DNA of 64,000 nucleotides from Mobula hypostoma. Lineage: Eukaryota. The position numbers and the translations under genes are program-made. The stretch lies in the NCBI RefSeq assembly GCF_963921235.1, contig NC_086097.1, positions 102,612,001-102,676,000 of the forward strand. The letters run 5' to 3'. Every line of letters starts with the position of its first letter. The first letter of the stretch is position 1. Shown here piece after piece: positions 57,401 through 64,000 of this stretch. A model generated the notes under the pieces. The model was not told the origin of the DNA, ran no database searches, and saw only the letters and a list, made by a program, of their open reading frames with translations.

Positions 57401-60380
57401 GGTCCAGTCTCTCCCATAGTTCACACAGTTTGCCCTCCTATTCTGCAGTTCTTGCGAGTTCACCATTTACACACCCCAACAGTAAAACATTTGCTAGCTT
57501 GGTTAATCAAAACAATTCCTTCAGTTAACGTGCTCTACTGGTTTGTAATTCATACAAATAAGGATTCTAGACACAGACATTCCAAACAGTTTCATTTATT
57601 TCCACGCACTGTTTGTAGACAACAGAACGACCCCAAAAGACCCAAGGGACAGTTTGGGGCATCCTAAAGTGATGCTTGGGTTTGTGGGAGCAGATGCACT
57701 ACACCCTACGCAGGTAGATTTAATCTCTCAGTTTGGCTTTGCTGAGAGCTGTCAATGGTGAATGGTTATATTGGAAAGTTAACAACAAAGTGTGTTATGG
57801 AGAAAGTATATTGGTAAATTCTTGTACGTCAAAATCAAAATCAGGTTTATTATCACCGGGATGTGATGTGAAATTTGTTAACTCAGCACCAGCAGTTCAA
57901 TGCAATACATAACTTAACAGAGAAAAAAATAACAGTAATAAATAAACAAGTAAATCAATTACATATATTGAATAGATTACAAAAATAGTGCAAAAACAGA
58001 AATAGTGTATATTTTTTTAAAAAGTGAGGTAGTGTCCAAAGATTCAATGTCCATTTAGAAATCAGATGGCAGAGGGGAAGAAGCTGTTCCTGAATCACTG
58101 AGAGTGTGCTTTCAGGCTTCTGTACCTCCTACCTGATGGTAACAGTGAGAAAAGGGCATGCACTGGGTGCTGGGGGTCCTTAATAATGGACGCTGCCTTT
58201 CTGAAACACCACTCCCTAAAGATGTCCTGGATACTTTGTAGGCTAGTACCCAAGATGGAGCTGACTAAATTTACAACCTTCTGCAGCTTCTTTTGGACCT
58301 GTGCAGTAGTCCCTCCATACCAGACAGTGATGCAGCCTGTCAGAATGCTCTCCACAGTACACCTATAGAAGTTTTTGAGAGTATTTGTTGAGATGCCAAG
58401 AAGTTTTTTGAGTGTATTTGTTGACATGTTTGTTTTCATTTGTCTATTTGTAAACACTTAGTTTCTTCACAACTTTCGGGCAGCTTTTGCTCTTTTTTTC
58501 ACCTGGCACTAAATAAAACCCCTTGCACTAACATGCTGTTACGGCTTACGAGCTGTTTTATTTTTAACTGGTGACCCTCGTCAGGCACACTTACCCACTC
58601 GTGATAATGAGGTGTGACACCATCAGAGGTATTAATGGGGGAACAAAGACATGGTGGATGAACTTAAGTATTTTGTGTCAGTTTTAACTGTGGAAGACAC
58701 TAGCAATATGCCAGATATTGGAGAGTGTCAGGGGCAGAGAGTGCAGTTGCTATTACTATGCAGAAGGTGTTTGTGAAGCTAAAAGATTGGAAAGGGTAGT
58801 GAACTACACCCCAGGGTTCTGAAAGAGGTCGCCGAAGAGATTGCAGGAGACATTAGTAGTTAACTTTCAAGAACCACCAGAATCTGGAATGGTTCCTGTG
58901 CACTGAAAAATTGCAAATGTTACTCCACTCTTTAAGAGGTGGTTGAGGGAAGCAGGCAGGAGAAAGAACAGGCCAGTTAGCCTAACCTTAGTGGTTGGAA
59001 ATCCATGATAAAGAATGAGGTTTCAGACTTCTTGGTGGCACATGATAAAGTAGGTCAAAGTCATCATGGTTTCCTGAAGGGGAGATCTCACCTGACAAAT
59101 CTGTTGCAATTGTAATTGCACCCTGAATTAAAATTCCAGTTTATTATTGTACTTAATACCTGTGGTGTTTGGTGTATTTTTTTTGGCTTAGGATGTAATC
59201 AGTGCCAATGTTACTCATTGCTGGCTGCTTTAATGAAGGAAATAGGAATTTGTTAAGAGTTGTGATGAAGGGTTTCAGCCCAAAACGTTGACTGTCCATT
59301 TTCATCCATGGATATTGCTTGACCTGATGAGTTCCTCCAGCATTTTGTGTATTAGAGTAGAAATGTAAGCCGTTTTGATGTGACTGTATCTCCAATTTAT
59401 GTGTTTTTATATCTGCTACTGTCCTGTGTGATGACACTGTTTTGGGAGAATATCAGGTACAATTTTAAATACTGTGAGTGATGTAAATGATCACCATGAA
59501 AATGTAATTATTATCAGCCACCCTTTGGGGGAAGCATCCAAAAATGCCATTTCTGTTTTCAAAATGTTTTTACAGGAGAACAATGAAACTGGTTTGGAAA
59601 AAGTTATACATCAAGTGGCTACATTTAAGTAAGTCTAAACTTCTGTAGAATATACTAGTATAATTATTTGAGCAAAGGCTAATTTTTTTCGGTGCTAATA
59701 TGCTGGTTTAGTTATTGAAGAATTAAATTTTCTCAGTAAAAGTCATTTTCTTTTTGGAAAATTAGAAATATTTTCATTCATAGGTACTCTAAAATATTGC
59801 TTCCACATACCTTAGGACTTTTATCACCCTCATTAAGATATGCTCTTGATCAATAGAAGAAAGGTCACCAGAGACGATTCCTTTCAGAGCAATTAGGCTG
59901 TGGGGTGCATCTCATCAGCCAGCTTCCAACTGTTTGTTATAATCCATAGGCTAGAAATTTATGAGCTGTTCTATTGCTTTCAATGCAAATTTGAGCTCAA
60001 GTACTTTGGAAGTTCCTTCCTATCACTAAAACACAATGTAGTCGATCTTTATAGATTATTTTAATCTTCTCCAGCATGTCAGATTGAATCTGCAAAGTTT
60101 CAGTTTTACAAAGTGATCTTTGTTGAGGTGACTGATTGGAATCAATTTCTGCTCAGAATTCCAAAAGCAGAGTCAAGTCACATTTGCATCCTCAAAGTGC
60201 TTGTAACTGTTATGGGTATTGGAGGACTGTATATACACTCCACAGGAAGAGCTTCATGACCGCTGTGCTCTCTCTAGAAAGCCAGGGTTAACTGGGCATG
60301 GTGTTTATGAGCTGAAGCCAGAATGTCAGAAGCACTTCAATCTCTTTTTCTACCATTACTACAAGTCACAACAAACAAAG
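3374..60380 (+). CDS. UBR1: E3 ubiquitin-protein ligase UBR1 (N-recognin 1), internal part: 15 coding exons, gene extends beyond both window edges
   Basis: 15 AG/GT-bounded exons with matching phases, 1559 nt, no stop codons. Motifs match UBR1 ([48 protein letters not shown]). ERYVPG, IEPMPHS and ENNETGLE favour UBR1 over UBR2 (ERFSPG, IKPMAHS, ENKETGME as recalled). Confidence 0.92.
3634..3910 (-). mobile_element. V-SINE-like tRNA-derived SINE
   Basis: Reverse complement of the V-domain (GTGCTCCAGTTTCCTCCCACAGTCC), tRNA-like head, AAATAAA-type tail. Confidence 0.75.
4512..5180 (+). mobile_element. V-SINE-like element split by a 400-bp insertion
   Basis: tRNA-like head at 4512-4591 (gtggttag A box, gagttcaatt B box); body resumes at about 4992 (tcccactatccaaagac...ttaattagtcattgtaa). 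Confidence 0.65.
4592..4991 (-). mobile_element. Candidate solo LTR inserted in a SINE
   Basis: TGTT...AACA termini, 400 bp, minus-strand AATAAA near 4650; TSD imperfect. Confidence 0.45.
5364..5452 (+). CDS. UBR1: UBR1 coding exon (89 bp), (G)[29 protein letters not shown]
   Basis: ttttgaatgcag acceptor, gtaagt donor; phase 1 start fits the previous exon. Confidence 0.95.
6607..6705 (+). CDS. UBR1: UBR1 coding exon (99 bp), [33 protein letters not shown]
   Basis: caacag acceptor, gtaagt donor; conserved DDHDR and VQxFTVPTL motifs. Confidence 0.97.
7060..7214 (+). CDS. UBR1: UBR1 coding exon (155 bp), [51 protein letters not shown](K)
   Basis: ttttgttag acceptor, AA|gtaagt donor (phase 2). 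Confidence 0.95.
7964..9283 (+). mobile_element. 5'-truncated, decayed Nimb/I-group LINE with RNase H and C-terminal CCHC finger
   Basis: IYTDG, ICSD and [16 protein letters not shown]ase H motifs; RLRLGH...CEEC...EHV..C; GGCGGT/ACCGCC 3' hairpin; GAA-rich tail; perfect 16-bp TSD GAAGAGACTTCAAAAA at 7948-7963 and 9284-9299. Confidence 0.9.
9585..9808 (-). mobile_element. V-SINE-like element
   Basis: gtgggaggaaagcagagcatccagaggaaaccaacgc is the reverse complement of the V-domain. Confidence 0.75.
10816..12983 (+). mobile_element. Full-length decayed Tc1 (DD34E) transposon with long IR/DR-type inverted repeats
   Basis: TA|CAGTTGC...GCAACTG|TA; about 200-bp imperfect inverted repeats; transposase remnants from 11171 to 12783 (WTDETK, QQD-34 residues-E in DLNPIE) with stops and frameshifts. 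Confidence 0.92.
11834..12431 (-). mobile_element. Non-coding retroposon of about 600 bp nested in the Tc1 transposase
   Basis: Interrupts the transposase between its two catalytic Asp motifs; minus-strand 5' end GGCGGGAGGAGAAGAT, 3' end AATAAA then CATAATCTAA; TTAG on both sides; CpG-rich. Confidence 0.7.
13135..13353 (+). mobile_element. CR1 LINE 3' end, same subfamily as 60763-63581
   Basis: Near-identical to about 63367-63581 ([10 protein letters not shown] plus 3'UTR); (TATTGTC)n tail. Confidence 0.9.
13519..13618 (+). CDS. UBR1: UBR1 coding exon (100 bp), (K)[33 protein letters not shown]
   Basis: ttttttgcag acceptor, CAG|gtgtgt donor; YxLISKP and FLEGF motifs. Confidence 0.96.
13980..15200 (+). 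mobile_element. Old, highly decayed CR1 fragment
   Basis: Remnant ITETW, G-N/D-F, AFY..RTN and KSPGP motifs with many stops. Confidence 0.55.
15790..16345 (+). mobile_element. Decayed Rex1/Babar LINE RT fragment
   Basis: CANQL, NDY, DPLQF and FNTIIP remnants. Confidence 0.6.
16370..20790 (+). mobile_element. Near full-length decayed CR1 LINE (ORF1 with Zn finger/coiled coil and SGNH esterase; ORF2 APE-RT)
   Basis: ORF1 from 16678 (CxxC..CxxC, GDS, LPGA, HIGTND); ORF2 [39 protein letters not shown]; (TTTCTATG)n tail; many frameshifts. Confidence 0.95.
17129..17360 (-). mobile_element. RTE-clade LINE 3' fragment inserted in the CR1 ORF1
   Basis: Minus strand encodes [20 protein letters not shown] (C2H2 finger, one frameshift); (GAA)n tail; TSD AGGGTACTCT / AGGGGACTCT. 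Confidence 0.8.
21196..21832 (+). mobile_element. Penelope-like element 3' fragment (GIY-YIG C-terminus plus pseudo-LTR), with a CR1 tail inserted at 21482-21558
   Basis: GMNIDFSNF end, pyrimidine-rich UTR, hammerhead motif, GATGCTGCCTGG..GCTGAGTTCC..CAGCATTTTGTGTG repeat; the CR1 tail has a CTATA TSD. Confidence 0.85.
21696..21733 (+). ncRNA. Minimal type I hammerhead ribozyme motif (PLE-associated)
   Basis: CAGTC-CTGATGA-agagtctcggcct-GAAA-TGTC-GACTG: perfect 5-bp stem I and core; stems II and III mutated. Confidence 0.7.
22886..22985 (+). mobile_element. Short PLE pseudo-LTR fragment with degenerate hammerhead
   Basis: gtcCTGATGAagggtctc..caaaaggtcgag followed by the PLE repeat. Confidence 0.7.
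23624..23752 (+). CDS. UBR1: UBR1 coding exon (129 bp), [43 protein letters not shown]
   Basis: ttttatgcag acceptor, gtaagt donor; RQxGQH and EWC motifs. Confidence 0.96.
25240..25810 (+). mobile_element. Chimeric CR1 fragments with a short antisense retroposon tail at about 25275-25358
   Basis: [20 protein letters not shown] and [11 protein letters not shown], then a [17 protein letters not shown] segment matching 19020-19185. Confidence 0.75.
25840..26900. mobile_element. Rex1/Babar 3' fragments, + strand (to about 26540) then - strand
   Basis: KFLGVHI, LVKKAQ and LPSGRRY on +; CITVW...RKALQ on -. Confidence 0.75.
27041..27233 (+). CDS. UBR1: UBR1 coding exon (193 bp), [18 protein letters not shown]...[17 protein letters not shown](G)
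   Basis: ctacatgcag acceptor, G|gttggt donor; AYKECH, CGHS and SIHLPLSR motifs. Confidence 0.96.
28665..28918 (+). mobile_element. V-SINE-like element
   Basis: GAGTTCAAACC B box, GCGTGGGT..CTCCCACAGTCCAAAGA, (TAAA)n tail. Confidence 0.75.
29290..32560 (+). mobile_element. Decayed Rex1/Babar LINE interrupted by a CR1
   Basis: [26 protein letters not shown] and KFLGVNI remnants; continues after 32340 (IKDPSH, RLKGSF). Confidence 0.75.
30487..32334 (+). mobile_element. Young 5'-truncated CR1 LINE with an open RT ORF (30541-32241)
   Basis: 566-aa uninterrupted RT ([28 protein letters not shown]); (TCTTATGG)n tail; GACTT at both junctions. Confidence 0.96.
33578..33639 (+). CDS. UBR1: UBR1 coding exon (62 bp), (G)[20 protein letters not shown]
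   Basis: gttttag acceptor, gtaagt donor; phase 1 to 0 fits both neighbours. Confidence 0.93.
34543..34653 (+). CDS. UBR1: UBR1 coding exon (111 bp), [37 protein letters not shown]
   Basis: ttcttgcag acceptor, CAG|gtattg donor; PLRCLVL and MWRRNG motifs. Confidence 0.97.
34761..35018 (+). mobile_element. V-SINE-like element
   Basis: TGGTAGTGTAGTGGTTAG A box, GTTCAATTCC B box, GTTTCCTCCCACAG, AATAAA tail. Confidence 0.8.
35668..35733 (+). CDS. UBR1: UBR1 coding exon (66 bp), [22 protein letters not shown]
   Basis: cctttcccttcaag acceptor, CAG|gtacag donor; [11 protein letters not shown] motif. Confidence 0.96.
36457..37325 (+). mobile_element. Penelope-like element 3' part with an inverted pseudo-LTR at its 5' end
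   Basis: Inverted repeat copy at 36457-36566; decayed GIY-YIG ([41 protein letters not shown]); degenerate hammerhead at about 37226. Confidence 0.88.
38291..38392 (+). CDS. UBR1: UBR1 coding exon (102 bp), [34 protein letters not shown]
   Basis: tatattacag acceptor, AAG|gtaagg donor; MDPNxFL and RYEL motifs. Confidence 0.96.
38918..39994 (+). mobile_element. Rex1-type LINE 3' part nested in an old antisense CR1 (about 38440-40290)
   Basis: [57 protein letters not shown] and (ATGACT)n tail. Confidence 0.9.
40706..41890 (-). mobile_element. CR1 LINE 3' portion, antisense, with a PLE fragment inserted at about 41782-41876
   Basis: [19 protein letters not shown] and YINDLD motifs on the minus strand. 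Confidence 0.9.
41782..41817 (+). ncRNA. Hammerhead ribozyme motif (PLE-associated)
   Basis: gtc-CTGACGA-agggtctcagcct-GAAA-CGTT-ggctg; core intact, GUU triplet, short stem I. Confidence 0.6.
41930..45450 (+). mobile_element. Cluster of decayed CR1 ORF2 fragments, with an antisense CR1 3' piece at about 42884-43250
   Basis: Repeated [29 protein letters not shown] motifs; TCTTGTGGTCT and TATGGTCTT tails at about 44405 and 45450. Confidence 0.88.
45969..46032 (+). CDS. UBR1: UBR1 coding exon (64 bp), [21 protein letters not shown](G)
   Basis: tattgcag acceptor, G|gtaaga donor; phases fit. Confidence 0.94.
46695..47116 (+). mobile_element. V-SINE-like element with a second SINE-like insert (46920-47102) in its tail
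   Basis: V-domain at 46768-46815; insert has GTTCGAATCC B box, (TTC)n tail and CTAAAT TSD. Confidence 0.75.
47833..48570 (-). mobile_element. Penelope-like element 3' fragment, antisense
   Basis: [22 protein letters not shown] on the minus strand, pseudo-LTR with degenerate hammerhead at about 47882-47920. Confidence 0.88.
48587..49557 (+). mobile_element. Penelope-like element 3' fragment, sense
   Basis: [38 protein letters not shown] (GIY-YIG region); pseudo-LTR with hammerhead. Confidence 0.9.
49435..49472 (+). ncRNA. Hammerhead ribozyme motif (PLE-associated, partly decayed)
   Basis: cagtt-CTGATGA-aaggtcttggccc-GAAA-CATC-gggtg; core intact, stems weakened. Confidence 0.55.
50725..50877. 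mobile_element. 153-bp Tc1/mariner-superfamily (Tigger/pogo-like) MITE nested in CR1
   Basis: TA TSD; TIRs CAGTTGACCTTCACTAATC / GATTAGTGAAGGTCAACCTG; internal TAATCC repeats. Confidence 0.85.
52283..52318 (-). ncRNA. Mirror hammerhead motif on the minus strand
   Basis: gac-CTGAAGA-agggtctcagccc-GAAA-TGTC-ggctg. Confidence 0.6.
52313..52351 (+). ncRNA. Minimal type I hammerhead ribozyme, intact consensus
   Basis: caggtc-CTGATGA-A-GGGT(CTCG)GCCC-GAAA-CGTC-GACTG; GUC cleavage triplet; palindromic ACGT in place of stem III. Confidence 0.78.
53317..53441 (+). CDS. UBR1: UBR1 coding exon (125 bp), (G)[41 protein letters not shown]
   Basis: tttccatgcag acceptor, gtgagt donor; UBR1-type motifs. 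Confidence 0.97.
53700..56416 (+). mobile_element. Near full-length decayed Rex1/Babar LINE (APE-RT)
   Basis: [80 protein letters not shown] tail. Confidence 0.88.
55278..55353 (-). mobile_element. 76-bp PLE terminal fragment inserted in the Rex1/Babar element
   Basis: Matches the 52221-52450 family; perfect 10-bp TSD CTGTGATGAA at 55268-55277 and 55354-55363. Confidence 0.88.
56417..57318 (-). mobile_element. CR1 3' portion, antisense
   Basis: [12 protein letters not shown] and [10 protein letters not shown] on the minus strand. Confidence 0.88.
57829..58428 (-). mobile_element. Rex1/Babar 3' end, antisense
   Basis: [29 protein letters not shown]; (GATTTT)n tail; internal 31-bp tandem duplication at its 5' junction. 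Confidence 0.88.
58630..59110 (+). mobile_element. Decayed CR1 RT fragment
   Basis: [17 protein letters not shown] and HGFLKG remnants. Confidence 0.8.
59258..59352 (+). mobile_element. Short PLE pseudo-LTR fragment with degenerate hammerhead
   Basis: gtgatgaagggtttcagcccaaaacgttgactg followed by GAGTTCCTCCAGCATTTTGTGT. Confidence 0.7.
59576..59628 (+). CDS. UBR1: UBR1 coding exon (53 bp), [17 protein letters not shown](K)
   Basis: tttttacag acceptor, AA|gtaagt donor. Confidence 0.96.
60278..60380 (+). CDS. UBR1: UBR1 coding exon (103 bp), (K)[34 protein letters not shown]
   Basis: ctctctctag acceptor, AAG|gtaagt donor; GHGVYELK and FYHY motifs. Confidence 0.96.
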
Positions 60381-60762
60381 GTAAGTTCTCTTTGGTTATA
60401 GTTTGCTTGAGGGCTAAAAATTGATACCAGTATTGCAATTGATAATTTAAGTATTCTAATTGAGTGAACTTAAGTTTTCATAGGTGTCCATGAAAAGGAT
60501 TAATATAATTTAGCCAAAGAACAGTTTAAGTATATTAAAATAAAGATAATGGCAAAAAATATCAACAAGTTGACCTAAGAAGTTTCCAATGTTGCATTAT
60601 ATCCAAAAGACTAGTGAAAGCAGTAAGGAATTCTTTACAAGGGAAGATTAATGAAGTGAATGGACCTTTCTGAAACAGGAATGATGAATAAATGTATGAT
60701 TCTTTGAGTAATTTTGTGCATTTGTGAAAGCATTTGTTTTTACTAGCAACACTCACATCACG

Positions 60763-63581
60763 CTGGAGGAACTTGATGTTGTGGGAATAACAGAGACATG
60801 GCTTCAAGTGGACAGGGCCTGGGAAATGAATATTCAAGGTTATACGTCCTATGGAAAGGACAGACTGATGGGCAGAGGGGGTGGGGTGGCTCTGTTGGTG
60901 AGGAATGATATTCAGTCCCTTGCGAGGGATGACATAGAATCAGGAGACGTAGAGTCAGTATGGATAGAACTGAGAAATTCTACGGGTAGAAAGACCCTAA
61001 TGGGAGTTATCTACAGGCCCCCAAACAGTAGTCTGGATGTAGGGTGTAAGTTGAATCAAGAGTTAAAATTGGCATGTCGCAAAGGTAATGCTACAGTTGT
61101 TATGGGGGACTTCAACATGCAGGGTAGACTGGAGGAATCAGATTGGTGCTGGACCCCAAGAAAGGGAGTTTGTGGAGTCCCTCCGAGATGGATTCTTAGA
61201 ACAGCTTGTACTGGAGCCTATCAGAGAGAATGCAATTCTAGATTTAGTGTTGTGCAATGAACCGGATTTGATCAGGGACCTCGAGGTAAAGGAGCCATTA
61301 GGAGGTAGTGACCATAATATGGTAAGTTTTAATCTAAAATTTGAGAGGGAGAAGGGAAACTCAGAAGTGTCAGTATTACAGTTGAACAAAGGGAACTATG
61401 GTGCTATGAAGGAGGAGCTGGCCAAAGTTCAATGGAATAATACCCTAGCAGGGATGACAGTGGAACAGCAATGGCAAGTGTTTCTGGGAATAATGCAGAA
61501 GGTGCAGGATCAGTTCATTCCAAAGAGGAAGAAAGATCCAATGGGGAGTAAGGGAAGGCCGTGGCTGACAAGGGAAGTAATGGACAGCATAAAAATAAAA
61601 GAGAAGTATAACATAGCAAGGACGAGTGGGAAGCTGGAGGATTGGGAAACTTTTAAAGAGCAACAGAAGGTAACTAAAAAGGCAATACGCGGAGAAAAAA
61701 TGAGGTACGAAGGTAAACTAGCCAAGAATATAAAGGAAGATAGTAAAAACTTCTTTAGGTATGTGAAAAGGAAAAAAATAGTTAAGACCAAAATTGGGCC
61801 CTTGAAGACAGAAGCGGGTGAATTTATTATGGGGAACAAGGAAATGGCAGACGAGTTGAACAGGTACTTTGGATCTGTCTTCATTAGGGAAGACGCAAAC
61901 AATCTCCCAAATGAAATAGTGGCCAAAAGACCTAGGGTAGTGGATGAATTGAAGGAAATTTATATTAGGCAGGAAATGGTGTTGGATAGGCTGTTGGGTC
62001 TGAAGGCTGATAAGTCCCCGGGACCTGATGGTCTGCATCCCAGGGTGCTTAAGGAGGTGGCTTTAGAAATCGTGGGTGCATTGGTAATCATTTTCCAATC
62101 TTCTATAGATTCAGGATCAGTTCCTGTGGATTGGAGGGTGGCTAATGTTGTTCCTCTCTTCAAGAAGGGAGGAAGAGAGAAAACAGGGAATTATAGACCG
62201 GTTAGCCTGACATCGGTGGTGGGAAAGATGCTGGAGTCAATTATAAAAGATGAAATTATGACACATCTGGATAGCAGTAACAGGATTGGTCTGAGTCAGC
62301 ATGGATTTACGAAGGGGAAATCGTGCTTGACTAATCTTCTGGAACTTTTTGAGGATGTAACTATGAAAATGGACAAGGGAGAGCCAGTGGATGTAGTGTA
62401 CCTGGACTTTCAGAAAGCCTTTGATAAAGTCCCACATAGGAGATTAGTGGGCAAAATTAGGGCACATGGTATTGGGGGCAGAGTACTGACATGGATTGAA
62501 AACTGGTTGGCTGATAGAAAACAAAGTGTAGCGATTAATGGGTCCCTTTCGGAATGGCAGGCAGTGACCAGTGGGGTACCACAGGGTTCAGTGCTGGGAC
62601 CGCAGCTGTTTACAATATATATTAATGATTTAGATGAGGGAATTGAAAGTAACATTAGCAAATTTGCTGATGACACAAAGCTGGGAGGCAGTGTGAAATG
62701 TGAGGAGGATGTTATGAGAATGCAGGGTGACTTGGACAGGCTGGGTGAGTGGGCAGATGCATGGCAGATGCAGTTTAATGTGGATAAATGTGAGGTTATC
62801 CACTTTGGTGGTAAGAATGAGAAGGCAGATTATTATCTAAATAGAGTCAAGTTAGGAAAAGGGGAAGCACAACGAGACCTAGGGGTTCTTGTACATCAGT
62901 CACTGAAAGCAAGCATGCAAGTACAGCAGGCAGTGAAAAAAGCTAATGGCATGCTGGCCTTCATAACAAGGGGAATTGAGTATAAGAGCAAAGAGGTCCT
63001 TCTGCAGCTGTACAGGGCCCTGGTGAGACCACACCTGGAGTACTGTGTGCAGTTTTTGTCTCCAAATTTGAGGAAGGACATTCTTGCTATTGAGGGAGTG
63101 CAGCGTAGGTTCACAAGGTTAATTCCTGGGATGGCGGGGTTGTCATATGTCGAAAGATTGGAGCGACCGGGCTTGTATACACTGGAATTCAGAAGGCTGA
63201 GAGGGGATCTTATTGAAACATATAAGATTATTAAGGGATTGGACGCGCTGTATGCAGGAAGTATGTTCCCGCTGATGGGTGAGTCCAGAACCAGAGGCCA
63301 TAGTTTAAGAATTAGGGGTAGGCCATTTAGATCAGAGTTGAGGAAAAACTTTTTCACTCAGAGAGTGGTGGATATATGGAATGCTCTGCTCCAGAAGGCT
63401 GTGGAGGCCAAGTCTCTGGATGCTTTCAAAAAAGAGATGGATAGAGCTCTTAAAGTTAGTGGAATCAAAGGTTATGGGGATAAGGCAGGAACTGGATACT
63501 GATAGTGGATGATCAGCCATGATTACAGTGAATGGTGGTGCTGGCTCGAAGGGCCTAATGGCCTACTCCTGCACCTATTGT
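60763..63581 (+). mobile_element. Young CR1 LINE, 5'-truncated in the endonuclease; ORF2 open apart from one frameshift near 61122
   Basis: GITETWL and GDFN in ORF 60724-61260 join the 804-aa ORF 61088-63502 (SDHN, NYRPVSLTS, FADD) if one G is removed from atgcagggtagac. Confidence 0.96.
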
Positions 63582-64000
63582 TTGTTGAACTCAGCAGGTC
63601 GGGCAGCATCTGTGGAAACATGTTGCGAGTGTTGCTCTGACCCCAGCATCTGCAGATTATTTTGTATTTGTTTTTACTAAGTTTCTTTATCTCAGAGGTT
63701 TCAAAGTTATATTTAATGTCAGAGAAATGTATACAATATACATTCTGAGCTACTTTCTTCACAACCATCCTCGAAAACAGAGCAGTGTCCCAAAGAATGA
63801 ATGACTGTTAAATGTTAGAACCCCAAAGCCCCTCCCCAGCTCCCCCTCCCATGCATAAGCGGCAGCAAAGCAATGATTCCCCCCCACCAGCAAAAAAGCA
63901 TCAGTCCCCCCCCCACCAAGCACTCAAGCATGCAGCAAAGCATCAATAATGTCGCAGATTTGCAGTACCCCAAGGACTACTCGTTCACCCAGTAATTCAC

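Noticed and set aside
60241..60277. Alternative acceptor (cacag at 60245) for the last exon
   Set aside because: Adds 32 nt and shifts the frame; the ctctag acceptor at 60277 keeps phase and homology.
3374..60380. Calling the host gene UBR2
   Set aside because: Diagnostic motifs and the short 102-bp exon at 38291 fit UBR1 better as recalled; phylogeny is still needed to confirm.
7765..63660. Recurrent GATGCTGCCTGG...GAGTTCCTCCAGCA motif as a CRISPR-like array
   Set aside because: Dispersed, on both strands, no regular spacers; it is the PLE terminal repeat in a eukaryotic genome.
452..63768. Most short ORFs in the six-frame track as independent genes
   Set aside because: They are antisense or off-frame readings of TEs, or UBR1 exons extended into introns; none has independent gene structure.

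Overview
Vertebrate genomic DNA. The repeat families (V-SINEs, esterase-ORF1 CR1, Penelope-like elements) suggest a cartilaginous fish, probably a ray; this is inference. The window lies entirely inside one + strand gene, the N-end-rule E3 ubiquitin ligase UBR1. I traced 15 consecutive GT-AG coding exons (3374-60380, 1559 nt) that join in phase into an uninterrupted reading frame. The introns are a dense, nested set of transposable elements: an antisense L1-clade 5' portion, an RNase H-bearing Nimb/I-group LINE, many CR1 and Rex1/Babar LINEs, an RTE fragment, an IR/DR Tc1 transposon, hAT and Tc1/mariner-type MITEs, V-SINEs, a candidate solo LTR and many Penelope-like element (PLE) pieces. The most notable hidden signal is a repeated minimal type I hammerhead ribozyme motif (CAGTC-CTGANGA-A-stem II-GAAA-CGTC-GACTG) in the PLE terminal repeats. 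About 11 copies occur on both strands. Two of them sit back-to-back with intact cores in a 230-bp palindromic insertion that has a perfect 14-bp target-site duplication (TSD). Comparisons with human proteins are from memory, and TE boundaries without a stated TSD are approximate.
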